The position numbers were made by a program, and so were the translations under genes. Shown here one piece after another: positions 1-14,836 of a stretch of DNA of 32,000 nt (positions are counted from its first letter, which is position 1; the number at the start of each line of letters is the position of its first letter). The stretch is from the NCBI RefSeq assembly GCF_000009045.1, contig NC_000964.3, positions 1,620,001 to 1,652,000 on the forward strand, given 5' to 3'. The notes below the pieces were generated by a model. That model was not told the origin of the DNA. It saw nothing but the letters and a program-made list of their open reading frames with translations, and did no database searches. The stretch comes from Bacillus subtilis subsp. subtilis str. 168 (GTDB lineage: Bacteria > Bacillota > Bacilli > Bacillales > Bacillaceae).

Positions 1-330
1 TTCGGCTTTATCGGCAAAATTTCAGCGCTGATCAGTTCAGTGCCGTCAGCGGTCATGGGAGGCGTCTCCTTCCTGCTGTTCGGAATCATTGCTTCAAGCG
101 GCCTGAGAATGCTGATTGACAACAAAATTGATTATGAAAACAACAGAAACCTCATTATTACATCAGTTATCCTTGTCATCGGTGTAGGAGGCGCTTTTAT
201 CCAAGTGTCTCAGGGCGGATTCCAAGTGTCAGGAATGGCGCTTGCCGCAATTGTCGGTGTCATCTTAAACCTGATTCTTCCGCAGGCGAAGGAAGAGCAG
301 GCAGACACATCTGAACAACATCATATTTAA
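1..330 (+). CDS. pyrP: Uracil permease (NCS2 family), C-terminal end; 5' truncated by window edge
   Basis: Frame is open from base 1 (FGFIGKISALISSVPSAVMGG...) to the stop at 330. The hydrophobic transporter C-terminus lies directly upstream of a PyrR attenuator and pyrB. Confidence 0.9.
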   Translation, partial: FGFIGKISALISSVPSAVMGGVSFLLFGIIASSGLRMLIDNKIDYENNRNLIITSVILVIGVGGAFIQVSQGGFQVSGMALAAIVGVILNLILPQAKEEQADTSEQHHI

Positions 331-344
331 AACCTTTTAATGAA

Positions 345-443
345 AGTCCAGAGAGGCTTGGAAGGGTTATGAAGAGAAGGAAGCTTCAATGCTGCCCTCT
401 ATTTAACCATACCCCGAGTCTATCTTAGACCGGGGTTTTTTTT
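345..443 (+). promoter_or_regulatory. PyrR-dependent transcription attenuator of pyrB (binding loop plus terminator)
   Basis: agtccagagaggct (345-358) matches the PyrR anti-antiterminator consensus ARUCCNGNGAGGYU. It is followed by the terminator hairpin accccgagtcta-tct-tagaccggggt and a T run, upstream of pyrB. Confidence 0.92.
411..443 (+). terminator. Intrinsic terminator within the pyrP-pyrB attenuator
   Basis: accccgagtctatcttagaccggggtttttttt: GC-rich stem followed by 8 T. Confidence 0.9.
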
Positions 444-457
444 CAGCCTTAAGTTGA

Positions 458-2656
<2,199 letters not shown>

Positions 2657-2660
<4 letters not shown>

Positions 2661-3751
2661 AGAGACGATTAGTACTGGAAAACGGAGCGGTATTCGAGGG
2701 AGAAGCTTTCGGAAGCTTAGAACACAACATGGGAGAAGTCGTTTTTAATACTGGGATGACAGGCTATCAGGAAATTTTATCTGATCCTTCTTACTGCGGA
2801 CAGATCGTAACATTAACATACCCGCTTATCGGAAATTACGGCATTAACCGTGATGATTTTGAATCCATTACCCCTTTTGTCAAAGGGCTGATCATCAAAG
2901 AATTATGTGAGCTGCCTTCCAACTGGCGTTCAGCATACACCTTAGACGAGTATTTAAAAATGAAAAACATTCCCGGACTCCAGGGAATTGATACAAGGAA
3001 GCTGACAAGAATGATCCGCACGGCAGGCGCGCTAAAAGGAACATTCGCTTCATCTGATGAAGATATCGAAGCAGTGCTGAAAAGACTGAACGAAACGGAA
3101 TTGCCAAGAAATCAAGTATCCCAAGTATCAGCAAAAACAGCATATCCGAGCCCGGGAAGAGGCAAACGCATTGTCTTGGTTGACTTCGGCATGAAACACG
3201 GGATTCTAAGAGAGCTGAACAAACGGAAATGTGACGTCATCGTTGTGCCTTACAACATTACAGCGGAAGAGGTGCTTCAGCTGAAACCGGACGGTATCAT
3301 GCTTTCTAACGGACCTGGAGACCCGAAGGATGTGCCTGAAGCGATTGAAATGATTAAAGGTGTTCTTGGAAAAGTGCCATTATTCGGAATATGTCTCGGC
3401 CACCAATTATTCGCGCTGGCGTGCGGGGCGAATACTGAAAAAATGAAATTCGGCCACAGGGGCTCAAACCACCCGGTAAAAGAGCTGGCTACAGGAAAAG
3501 TTGCCTTAACATCTCAAAACCATGGATATACAGTTTCGTCTATCAGTAAAACAGAACTGGAAGTGACGCATATCGCAATTAACGACGATACGATTGAAGG
3601 GCTGAAGCATAAAACATTGCCGGCATTTACGGTTCAATATCATCCCGAAGCCTCACCTGGTCCTGAGGATGCCAACCATCTATTTGACAGATTCATCGAA
3701 ATGATCGAAACAACAGAGAAAGAAGGGGAAGCGGTATGCCAAAACGCGTAG
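2657..3751 (+). CDS. pyrAA: Carbamoyl-phosphate synthase (pyrimidine-specific), glutaminase small subunit
   Basis: 364 aa; class I amidotransferase motifs GICLGHQ and the PGPEDA region; located in the pyr operon. Confidence 0.96.
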
Positions 3752-6700
3752 ACATTAACAAAATTTTAGTAATCGGATCTGGACCGATCATCATCGGCCA
3801 AGCAGCAGAATTTGACTATGCGGGAACACAAGCCTGTCTTGCTTTGAAAGAAGAAGGCTATGAAGTCATCCTTGTCAACTCAAACCCTGCAACGATCATG
3901 ACAGATACAGAAATGGCTGACCGGGTTTACATCGAACCGCTCACACCTGAATTCCTGACACGAATCATCAGAAAAGAGCGCCCGGATGCCATTCTTCCTA
4001 CACTCGGAGGCCAAACCGGTTTGAATCTTGCGGTTGAGCTTTCTGAAAGAGGCGTTTTGGCAGAATGCGGCGTCGAAGTGCTTGGCACGAAACTGTCTGC
4101 GATTCAGCAAGCTGAAGACCGTGACTTGTTCAGAACATTAATGAATGAACTGAATGAACCGGTGCCTGAAAGTGAGATTATCCACTCCCTTGAAGAAGCA
4201 GAAAAATTCGTCAGTCAAATTGGATTCCCTGTCATTGTCCGCCCGGCATATACATTAGGCGGAACAGGCGGAGGCATCTGCTCGAATGAAACAGAGCTAA
4301 AAGAAATCGTTGAGAACGGCTTGAAATTAAGCCCGGTACACCAATGTCTGCTTGAAAAAAGCATCGCCGGCTATAAAGAAATCGAGTATGAAGTCATGAG
4401 AGACAGCCAGGATCACGCCATTGTCGTTTGTAACATGGAAAACATTGATCCAGTTGGAATCCATACTGGAGACAGTATTGTTGTCGCGCCGAGCCAAACG
4501 CTCAGCGATCGCGAATATCAGCTCTTGCGGAATGTATCGTTAAAACTGATTCGCGCGCTTGGGATCGAAGGCGGATGTAATGTCCAGCTCGCCTTAGATC
4601 CAGACAGCTTCCAATATTACATTATTGAAGTAAATCCGCGTGTCAGCCGTTCATCTGCCCTTGCATCAAAAGCAACGGGGTACCCGATTGCAAAGCTCGC
4701 TGCTAAAATTGCAGTCGGACTTTCATTAGATGAAATGATGAACCCGGTGACAGGAAAAACATATGCAGCATTTGAACCTGCTCTTGACTATGTCGTATCC
4801 AAAATTCCGCGCTGGCCGTTTGATAAGTTTGAATCAGCAAACAGAAAGCTTGGCACGCAAATGAAAGCGACAGGTGAGGTCATGGCAATCGGCCGCACGC
4901 TTGAAGAGTCATTGCTGAAGGCAGTGCGATCACTGGAAGCGGATGTGTATCATCTTGAATTGAAGGACGCCGCTGACATTTCAGATGAGCTTCTTGAAAA
5001 GCGAATTAAAAAGGCCGGTGATGAACGCTTATTCTACTTAGCTGAAGCGTACAGAAGAGGCTACACGGTAGAAGACCTCCATGAATTTTCCGCTATCGAT
5101 GTCTTCTTCTTGCATAAGCTGTTCGGAATCGTACAGTTTGAAAAAGAATTGAAGGCCAATGCGGGCGATACAGATGTGCTGAGACGGGCAAAAGAACTCG
5201 GCTTCTCTGATCAGTACATCAGCCGTGAATGGAAAATGAAAGAATCTGAGCTTTACAGCTTGAGAAAACAAGCGGGGATTGCGCCGGTATTCAAAATGGT
5301 AGATACATGCGCGGCGGAATTTGAGTCAGAAACGCCATACTTCTATAGCACATATGAAGAAGAAAATGAATCTGTCGTTACAGATAAGAAAAGTGTGATG
5401 GTGCTTGGTTCGGGTCCGATTCGAATCGGTCAGGGTGTCGAGTTCGACTATGCGACGGTTCACTCTGTATGGGCAATTAAACAAGCAGGCTATGAAGCCA
5501 TTATTGTCAACAACAACCCGGAAACCGTTTCAACAGACTTCAGCATCTCAGACAAGCTGTATTTTGAACCGCTTACGATTGAAGATGTCATGCACATCAT
5601 TGACCTCGAACAGCCAATGGGCGTTGTCGTACAATTTGGCGGACAAACTGCGATTAACCTTGCTGACGAGCTTTCTGCACGCGGAGTGAAAATCCTTGGA
5701 ACTTCATTAGAAGATTTAGACCGTGCCGAAGACCGGGATAAATTTGAACAAGCGCTTGGAGAACTTGGTGTTCCTCAGCCGCTTGGCAAAACAGCGACAT
5801 CAGTTAATCAGGCGGTAAGCATCGCAAGTGATATCGGTTATCCGGTACTGGTACGCCCTTCCTATGTACTTGGCGGCCGGGCGATGGAGATTGTTTACCA
5901 TGAAGAGGAACTGCTTCATTACATGAAAAATGCAGTCAAAATCAATCCACAGCACCCTGTATTAATTGATAGATACTTGACCGGAAAAGAAATTGAAGTC
6001 GATGCAGTATCCGACGGTGAAACAGTCGTCATTCCGGGAATTATGGAGCACATTGAACGTGCGGGCGTTCACTCCGGAGACTCAATCGCTGTTTATCCGC
6101 CTCAGTCTCTCACAGAGGACATTAAGAAAAAAATTGAACAATACACGATCGCATTGGCTAAAGGGCTGAATATTGTCGGTTTGCTCAATATTCAATTCGT
6201 CTTGTCGCAAGGCGAGGTGTACGTGCTAGAAGTGAATCCGAGATCAAGCAGAACCGTACCGTTTTTAAGCAAAATTACGGGTATCCCAATGGCGAATCTC
6301 GCAACAAAAATCATTCTTGGTCAAAAGCTGGCTGCGTTTGGCTATACAGAGGGCCTTCAGCCTGAACAGCAAGGTGTATTTGTAAAAGCGCCGGTCTTCT
6401 CCTTTGCCAAGCTGAGAAGAGTGGATATTACGTTAGGGCCTGAAATGAAATCAACAGGTGAAGTCATGGGGAAAGATTCGACACTTGAAAAGGCGCTCTA
6501 CAAAGCCTTGATCGCTTCAGGTATTCAAATCCCGAACTACGGTTCCGTGCTTTTAACAGTAGCTGATAAGGACAAAGAAGAAGGGCTTGCCATTGCTAAG
6601 CGGTTCCACGCGATCGGCTACAACATTTTAGCGACGGAAGGAACGGCAGGCTACCTGAAAGAAGCTTCCATTCCAGCGAAGGTCGTCGGAAAAATCGGTC

Positions 6701-6947
6701 AGGATGGCCCGAACTTGCTTGATGTCATCAGAAACGGAGAAGCGCAGTTTGTCATCAATACGCTGACAAAAGGAAAGCAGCCGGCAAGAGACGGTTTTAG
6801 AATCAGACGTGAATCAGTAGAAAATGGTGTTGCCTGCCTAACATCTTTAGATACGGCAGAGGCGATATTGCGAGTGCTGGAAAGCATGACATTCCGTGCT
6901 GATCAAATGCCGGCAGTCAACACAAATCAGGAGGCGGCAGTCACTAT

Positions 6948-6951
<4 letters not shown>
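3736..6951 (+). CDS. pyrAB: Carbamoyl-phosphate synthase large subunit
   Basis: 1071 aa; duplicated ATP-grasp halves ([19 protein letters not shown]... and [19 protein letters not shown]...). Confidence 0.97.
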
Positions 6952-9337
<2,386 letters not shown>

Positions 9338-9341
<4 letters not shown>

Positions 9342-9970
9342 AACAAATCATCGCAAAACATCTATTAGACATCCAAGCTGTATTTTTACGCCCGAACGAG
9401 CCGTTCACATGGGCAAGCGGCATTTTATCACCGATCTACTGTGACAACCGCCTTACGCTATCTTTCCCAGAGGTCAGAAACGATGTTGCTTCAGGTATCA
9501 GCAAGCTTGTTAAAGAGCATTTTCCTGAAGCTGAAATGATTGCGGGAACAGCAACTGCCGGTATTCCTCATGCTGCTCTTGCGGCGGACCATTTGAATCT
9601 TCCGATGTGTTATGTGAGGAGCAAGCCGAAGGCGCACGGAAAAGGCAATCAGATTGAGGGAGCTGTGCAAGAAGGGCAAAAAACAGTCGTCATTGAAGAC
9701 TTAATTTCCACAGGAGGCAGCGTGCTTGAAGCTTGTGCAGCTTTACAAGCGGCCGGCTGTGAAGTGCTTGGTGTCGTCTCAATCTTTACGTACGGACTTC
9801 CTAAAGCGGAGGAAGCCTTCGCAAAGGCAGAACTGCCATACTACTCATTAACCGATTATGATACGCTCACAGAGGTCGCGCTTGAAAACGGAAATATTCA
9901 TTCAGATGATCTAAAAAAGCTGCAAACATGGAAACGAAATCCCGAGTCAAAAGATTGGTTTAAAAAATAA
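9338..9970 (+). CDS. pyrE: Orotate phosphoribosyltransferase
   Basis: PRPP-binding motif [13 protein letters not shown]. Proposed TTG start at 9338 has gggaggg upstream; the track's ATG at 9320 lacks a clear SD. Confidence 0.92.
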
Positions 9971-10022
9971 AAAATAAATTCAAATGATGTAAAGAGGCTT
10001 CAAAGCCTTGCTGTACTTGAAA

Positions 10023-10048
10023 ACAGGCTGTGAGGCCTGTTTTTTTAT
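10023..10048 (+). terminator. Intrinsic terminator of the pyr operon
   Basis: acaggc-tgtgag-gcctgt stem followed by a T run (coordinates +/-1 nt). Confidence 0.85.
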
Positions 10049-10070
10049 TAATCCTATAAAAAAAGTCGGG

Positions 10071-10098
10071 TTGACTTATGTTAGAATTGTGCTAAAAT
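10071..10098 (+). promoter_or_regulatory. SigA-type promoter for the cysH operon
   Basis: ttgact (10071-10076), 16-nt spacer, taaaat (10093-10098), just upstream of the SAM riboswitch. Confidence 0.75.
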
Positions 10099-10116
10099 TT
10101 ACTACAAATCTAAAAA

Positions 10117-10218
10117 CTTATCAAGAGCGGCTGAGGGACTGGACCTATGAAGCCCGGCAACCTGCATAGTTTGTAAGGTGCTACTTCCAGCAAAATGAAT
10201 TCCATTTTGAAAGATAAG
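10117..10218 (+). promoter_or_regulatory. SAM-I (S-box) riboswitch aptamer
   Basis: Contains cttatcaagagcggctgagggactggacctatgaagcccggcaacctgca...aaggtgctacttccagca...gataag, the canonical S-box core with P1 pairing cttatc/gataag. Confidence 0.96.
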
Positions 10219-10237
10219 GGCTGCATGCTGTTCCTGT

Positions 10238-10272
10238 CTTTCTTTCCGCCGGATTGAAAGTTTTTTATTTTA
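10238..10272 (+). terminator. Riboswitch expression-platform terminator
   Basis: ctttctttccgccggattgaaag followed by ttttttatttt, immediately 3' of the S-box aptamer. Confidence 0.7.
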
Positions 10273-10381
10273 AGAGGTAAAAAGGCTATCTGTATATCAG
10301 CAGCCGCGAATCACATTACATGGGAAAAGACAACCGGCAGAAAGCTACTGTTTGTTTGTCTCCGAAAGGAGGAAAGAAGAA

Positions 10382-11083
10382 ATGTTAACGTATGATAATT
10401 GGGAAGAACCAACGATTACATTTCCGGAAGACGATCCTTATAAAGGAGCGCTGTCAGTTTTAAAATGGGCATACGGCCATTACGGCGATCAGCTTGTTTA
10501 TGCCTGCAGTTTCGGAATTGAGGGAATCGTTCTGATTGACTTAATTTATAAAGTGAAAAAAGACGCAGAGATTGTGTTTCTTGATACAGGACTTCATTTT
10601 AAAGAAACCTATGAAACAATTGAACGAGTGAAAGAGCGTTATCCGGGTCTTAATATCATCCTGAAAAAACCAGATCTCACCCTTGAGGAACAAGCCGAAG
10701 AACATGGTGACAAACTATGGGAAAGAGAGCCGAATCAGTGCTGCTATCTTAGAAAGGTCGTTCCTTTAAGAGAGGCGCTTTCAGGACATCCAGCCTGGCT
10801 TTCCGGCCTGCGCCGTGATCAAGGGCCAAGCCGTGCCAATACGAATTTCTTAAACAAAGATGAAAAATTCAAGTCAGTAAAAGTTTGCCCGCTTATCCAT
10901 TGGACTTGGAAAGACATTTGGAGATATACATCCCGGAATGAACTGGACTACAATCCGCTTCATGACCAAGGCTATCCAAGTATTGGCTGTGCGCCTTGCA
11001 CTTCTCCCGCTTTTACAGCAGAAGATTTGCGCTCAGGCAGATGGAATGGTATGGCGAAAACAGAATGCGGACTGCATGAATAA
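10382..11083 (+). CDS. cysH: Phosphoadenosine phosphosulfate (PAPS) reductase
   Basis: [14 protein letters not shown]...; [10 protein letters not shown]-terminal ECGLHE. ATG at 10382 has a strong SD (aaaggagg). Confidence 0.95.
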   Translation: MLTYDNWEEPTITFPEDDPYKGALSVLKWAYGHYGDQLVYACSFGIEGIVLIDLIYKVKKDAEIVFLDTGLHFKETYETIERVKERYPGLNIILKKPDLTLEEQAEEHGDKLWEREPNQCCYLRKVVPLREALSGHPAWLSGLRRDQGPSRANTNFLNKDEKFKSVKVCPLIHWTWKDIWRYTSRNELDYNPLHDQGYPSIGCAPCTSPAFTAEDLRSGRWNGMAKTECGLHE

Positions 11084-11094
11084 GGAGCTGCAAA

Positions 11095-12159
11095 ATGGAA
11101 TTAGCCGCTATTTTATTTAGCTTGTTTTTCGCGATGAATATTGGTGCAAGCGGCGCTGCAGCTTCGATGGGGGTTGCTTACGGCTCCGGAGCCATCAAAA
11201 AGAAAACTTACGCTTTGATCCTATGCGCAGTCGGTGTCTTTGCCGGGGCGGTCATTGGCGGAGGCGAGGTTGTAAAAACAATCAGCTCCGGCATTATTCC
11301 TGAGCAGACGATTACACTGACGATTGTTTGCATCATTATTGGAGCTGCTGCCCTGTCGCTCTTTACTGCTAATCTGCTCGGCATTCCTTTGTCGACAAGT
11401 GAAGTAACAGTCGGCGCGGTTGTCGGCGTGGGAGTGGCTTATAAAGTATTGTTTGTGAACAATCTTCTGATCATTGTGTCATTTTGGGTTTTTGTCCCGC
11501 TGTTCGCTTTCGGCTTCACCTATTTCGTATCTAAGCTGTTTCGTTATTTTAAGATTGAAGTAAAATCTTCTAAAAAGCAAAAAATCCTCGGCATTGTTTT
11601 GTTAGTTGCCGGATTTTTCGAAGCATTCTCTGCCGGCATGAATAACGTGGCGAATGCTGTTGGCCCGTTAGTAGCTGCCGGTGTGCTTGATGTCGGAAAA
11701 GGAACCTTGTATGGAGGAGCTTTTGTTGCTCTTGGCGCACTGTTATTAGGCCGGCGAGTGCTAGAAACAAACGGGAAGAAAATTACGAGGTTCTCCAAAG
11801 GGGAAGGCATTCTCTTATCCGGTACAGGAGCGGGACTGGTGATCATCAGTTCTGTATTTGGGATGCCGGTGCCCTTGGCGCAAGTCACGTCATCGTCTAT
11901 TATCGGAATAGGCATGGCGAAAAACGGTCCGAACGTGTTCCATAAACAAGTTGTTCAAACGATGCTGAAGGTATGGATCGTATCGCCGTTTTTATCTTTA
12001 TCGATTTCTTATCTGCTTGTATCCTTGTTTTTAAAAGCAGATTATTATTCGATCTTTATCATGGTAAGTGTGCTTTTAGCGGCGGGCGGTGCCATCAGCC
12101 TGACAAAGGCCATTCGTAAAGAGAGACGCTCAGTCCACGAACAAGGCGGGGGAATCTGA
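11095..12159 (+). CDS. cysP: Sulfate permease, PiT-like family
   Basis: 354 aa; hydrophobic, duplicated PiT-type motifs (GASGAAASMGVAYGSGAI, GMNNVANAVGPLVAAG); lies between cysH and sat. Confidence 0.93.
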   Translation: MELAAILFSLFFAMNIGASGAAASMGVAYGSGAIKKKTYALILCAVGVFAGAVIGGGEVVKTISSGIIPEQTITLTIVCIIIGAAALSLFTANLLGIPLSTSEVTVGAVVGVGVAYKVLFVNNLLIIVSFWVFVPLFAFGFTYFVSKLFRYFKIEVKSSKKQKILGIVLLVAGFFEAFSAGMNNVANAVGPLVAAGVLDVGKGTLYGGAFVALGALLLGRRVLETNGKKITRFSKGEGILLSGTGAGLVIISSVFGMPVPLAQVTSSSIIGIGMAKNGPNVFHKQVVQTMLKVWIVSPFLSLSISYLLVSLFLKADYYSIFIMVSVLLAAGGAISLTKAIRKERRSVHEQGGGI

Positions 12160-12207
12160 TCATTAATCTGAGTAATTTTATAAGTTAACTAGGAGGAGAT
12201 GGATATT

Positions 12208-13356
12208 ATGAGCTTAGCACCACACGGAGGAACATTAGTAAACAGAGTAGATGAATCATATGATGTGAGCGGCATTCAAAAAGAAATTGAACTTGATTTA
12301 ATTTCTTTCGCGGATTTGGAATTGATCGGTATCGGTGCATACAGCCCGATTGAAGGTTTCTTTAATGAAAAAGATTACGTATCAGTGGTCGAAAACATGC
12401 GTCTTTCTTCCGGCGTTGTCTGGTCTCTTCCAATCACGCTTCCGGTCGATGCGCAAAAAGCAGCGGAACTGTCACTTGGTGAAACGGTAAAGTTAACGTA
12501 TGAAGGAGAAACTTACGGCGTTATCCAAATCGAAGACCTGTACGTGCCTGACAAACAAAAAGAAGCTGTCAATGTGTACAAAACAGATGAACAGGAGCAT
12601 CCTGGTGTTAAAAAGCTGTTCAGCCGCGGCAATACATATGTCGGCGGACCGATTACGTTGATTAAAAAAGCTTCAAAACAGTTCCCTGAATTTACATTTG
12701 AACCGTCAGAAACGAGACGCCAGTTTGCGGAAAAAGGCTGGGAAACCATTGTCGGTTTCCAAACAAGAAACCCTGTTCACAGAGCGCATGAATACATTCA
12801 AAAAACGGCTCTTGAAACAGTAGACGGCTTGTTCTTGAATCCGTTAGTAGGTGAAACAAAATCTGATGACATTCCAGCTGATGTACGGATGGAAAGCTAC
12901 CAAGTGCTTCTTGATCATTATTACCCGAAAGATCGTGTTTTCCTTGGTGTCTTTTTAGCGGCGATGCGTTATGCAGGCCCGAGAGAAGCAATTTTCCACG
13001 CGCTTGTCAGAAAGAACTACGGCTGCACACATTTCATCGTCGGCCGTGATCATGCAGGTGTAGGCGACTATTACGGAACATACGAAGCACAGGAACTGTT
13101 TGACACATTTAAACCTGAAGAACTCGGAATTACACCGCTGAAATTTGAGCACAGCTTCTTCTGTAAAAAATGCGGAAATATGGGAACAGCAAAAACTTGC
13201 CCTCATGGCAGAGAGCATCACGTCATTTTATCAGGCACTAAGGTAAGAGGTATGCTGAGAGACGGTGTGCTGCCGCCTGCTGAATTCAGTCGAAAAGAAG
13301 TAGTAGAAGTGTTAATCAAAGGGATGAAGAAAAAAGAAGAAGTAGGCGTATCTTAA
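12208..13356 (+). CDS. sat: Sulfate adenylyltransferase (ATP sulfurylase)
   Basis: [13 protein letters not shown]...; [13 protein letters not shown] and the [12 protein letters not shown] motif. ATG at 12208 has aggagg at a better spacing than the ATG at 12199. Confidence 0.95.
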   Translation: MSLAPHGGTLVNRVDESYDVSGIQKEIELDLISFADLELIGIGAYSPIEGFFNEKDYVSVVENMRLSSGVVWSLPITLPVDAQKAAELSLGETVKLTYEGETYGVIQIEDLYVPDKQKEAVNVYKTDEQEHPGVKKLFSRGNTYVGGPITLIKKASKQFPEFTFEPSETRRQFAEKGWETIVGFQTRNPVHRAHEYIQKTALETVDGLFLNPLVGETKSDDIPADVRMESYQVLLDHYYPKDRVFLGVFLAAMRYAGPREAIFHALVRKNYGCTHFIVGRDHAGVGDYYGTYEAQELFDTFKPEELGITPLKFEHSFFCKKCGNMGTAKTCPHGREHHVILSGTKVRGMLRDGVLPPAEFSRKEVVEVLIKGMKKKEEVGVS

Positions 13357-13368
13357 GGAGGACTGGCA

Positions 13369-13962
13369 GTGACAAATCGCGATATTGTATGGCATGAAGC
13401 CTCTATCACAAAAGAAGAGTATCAGCAAAAAAACAAGCATAAAAGCTCCATTCTCTGGCTGACAGGGTTAAGCGGCTCAGGCAAATCAACCATTGCCAAC
13501 GCCGCTGCGAGAGAATTGTTTGAGCAAGGCTACCAAGTCATTGTGCTGGACGGGGATAATATCCGTCACGGCCTAAATAGGGATCTTGGTTTTTCTGATG
13601 AAGACCGAAAAGAAAACATCCGCCGGATCGGAGAGGTGGCGAAGCTTTTTGTTCAGCAGGGAACCATTGTGATTACTGCTTTTATCTCTCCTTTCCGCGA
13701 GGACAGACAACAGGTTCGCGAGCTTGTGGAAGCGGGCGAATTTAATGAAGTCTACATTAAATGCGACCTTGATATTTGTGAACAAAGAGATCCGAAAGGG
13801 CTTTACAAAAAAGCAAGAAACGGCGAGATTCCGTTCTTTACAGGAATTGATTCTCCTTATGAAGAACCGGAAGCTCCAGAGCTCGTTCTTGATTCAGGAC
13901 AGCATGACCGTGAAGCGTGTAAAAATCAGCTGATCGAGTTTGTTAAACAAAAATTGAGCTGA
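13369..13962 (+). CDS. cysC: Adenylylsulfate kinase
   Basis: 197 aa; P-loop GLSGSGKST; LDGDNIRHGLNRDLGFS. GTG start with aaggagg. Confidence 0.96.
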   Translation: MTNRDIVWHEASITKEEYQQKNKHKSSILWLTGLSGSGKSTIANAAARELFEQGYQVIVLDGDNIRHGLNRDLGFSDEDRKENIRRIGEVAKLFVQQGTIVITAFISPFREDRQQVRELVEAGEFNEVYIKCDLDICEQRDPKGLYKKARNGEIPFFTGIDSPYEEPEAPELVLDSGQHDREACKNQLIEFVKQKLS

Positions 13963-13964
13963 AT

Positions 13965-14045
13965 ATGATCTGCTGCGTTCTTCTCAGATGCCGGAATGCA
14001 AGCGAGAACATCATCACAGCGAATCTTCTGGAAGAACTCGAATAG
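13965..14045 (+). other. Possible 26-aa small ORF MICCVLLRCRNASENIITANLLEELE in the cysC-sumT gap
   Basis: ATG 3 nt after the cysC stop, TAG at 14043-14045. No strong SD, so translation would probably depend on coupling. Confidence 0.25.
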
Positions 14046-14060
14046 ATCGGGGGAAATACG

Positions 14061-14834
14061 ATGGGGAAAGTATATATTGTAGGAGCGGGTCCCGGTGACC
14101 CTGATCTGCTGACAATTAAAGCGCTGAAAGCCATTGAAAAAGCTGATGTCATCTTATATGACAGATTAGTAAATAAAGAGATTTTACAATATGCCAAAGA
14201 GCAAGCAGACCTGATCTACTGCGGGAAGCTTCCGGATTTTCATACGATGAAGCAGGAAACCATCAATCGATTTCTTGTGAAGTATGCGCAAAAAGGGAAA
14301 ATGGTTGTCAGACTGAAAGGCGGAGACCCTTTTGTGTTCGGGAGAGGAGGGGAAGAAGCGGAATGCCTCTCTGAAAATGGAATTCCGTTTGAAATCATTC
14401 CCGGCATTACGTCTGGAATCGCGGCAGCCGCTTATGCCGGGATTCCTGTTACCCATCGGGATGCGGGCTCTAACGTCGCTTTTGTAACGGGTCACTATAA
14501 AAAAGAAGAAGATTTTGAGGAAAAGTGGAAAGCGCTGGCTACAGGAATTGATACACTTGTCATCTATATGGGTATCAAAAACGTGCAGCAGATTGAAAGA
14601 AAACTCCTTGAAAATGGCCGGGACGGTTCTACGCCAGCAGCCTTTATTCATTGGGGGACAACGGACAAGCAAAAATCTGTTTTTTGTACAGTTGACACCC
14701 TTTCAGAAACGGTGATAAAAGAAAACATTACAAATCCGAGTTTAATTGTCATTGGAAATGTTGTAAATTATCACTATAAGCTGGAATGGTTTGAATCTGA
14801 ACTAAAAAAACAAGATTTAAGCGAGGCGTTGTAA
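14061..14834 (+). CDS. sumT: Uroporphyrinogen-III C-methyltransferase
   Basis: 257 aa; VYIVGAGPGDPDLLTIKA, VVRLKGGDPFVFGRGGEE, VTGH (ylnD). Confidence 0.95.
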   Translation: MGKVYIVGAGPGDPDLLTIKALKAIEKADVILYDRLVNKEILQYAKEQADLIYCGKLPDFHTMKQETINRFLVKYAQKGKMVVRLKGGDPFVFGRGGEEAECLSENGIPFEIIPGITSGIAAAAYAGIPVTHRDAGSNVAFVTGHYKKEEDFEEKWKALATGIDTLVIYMGIKNVQQIERKLLENGRDGSTPAAFIHWGTTDKQKSVFCTVDTLSETVIKENITNPSLIVIGNVVNYHYKLEWFESELKKQDLSEAL

Positions 14835-14836
14835 AA

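Noticed and set aside
3880-4110. Various 60-100 aa ORFs opposite or out of frame with pyrAB, pyrD, yloB, rsmB and prpC
   Set aside because: All are embedded in long conserved genes, lack SDs and recognisable motifs, and are expected by chance in this codon usage.
9995-10008. aggct-tcaa-agcct small hairpin containing gaggctt after pyrE, resembling part of a PyrR site
   Set aside because: Only the gaggct core matches. The ARUCC half is missing and pyrE is the last pyr gene, so it was not called a PyrR element.
11544-11915. 123-aa - strand Pro/Thr-rich ORF antisense to cysP
   Set aside because: Composition reflects the reverse complement of hydrophobic transporter codons, so it was treated as spurious.
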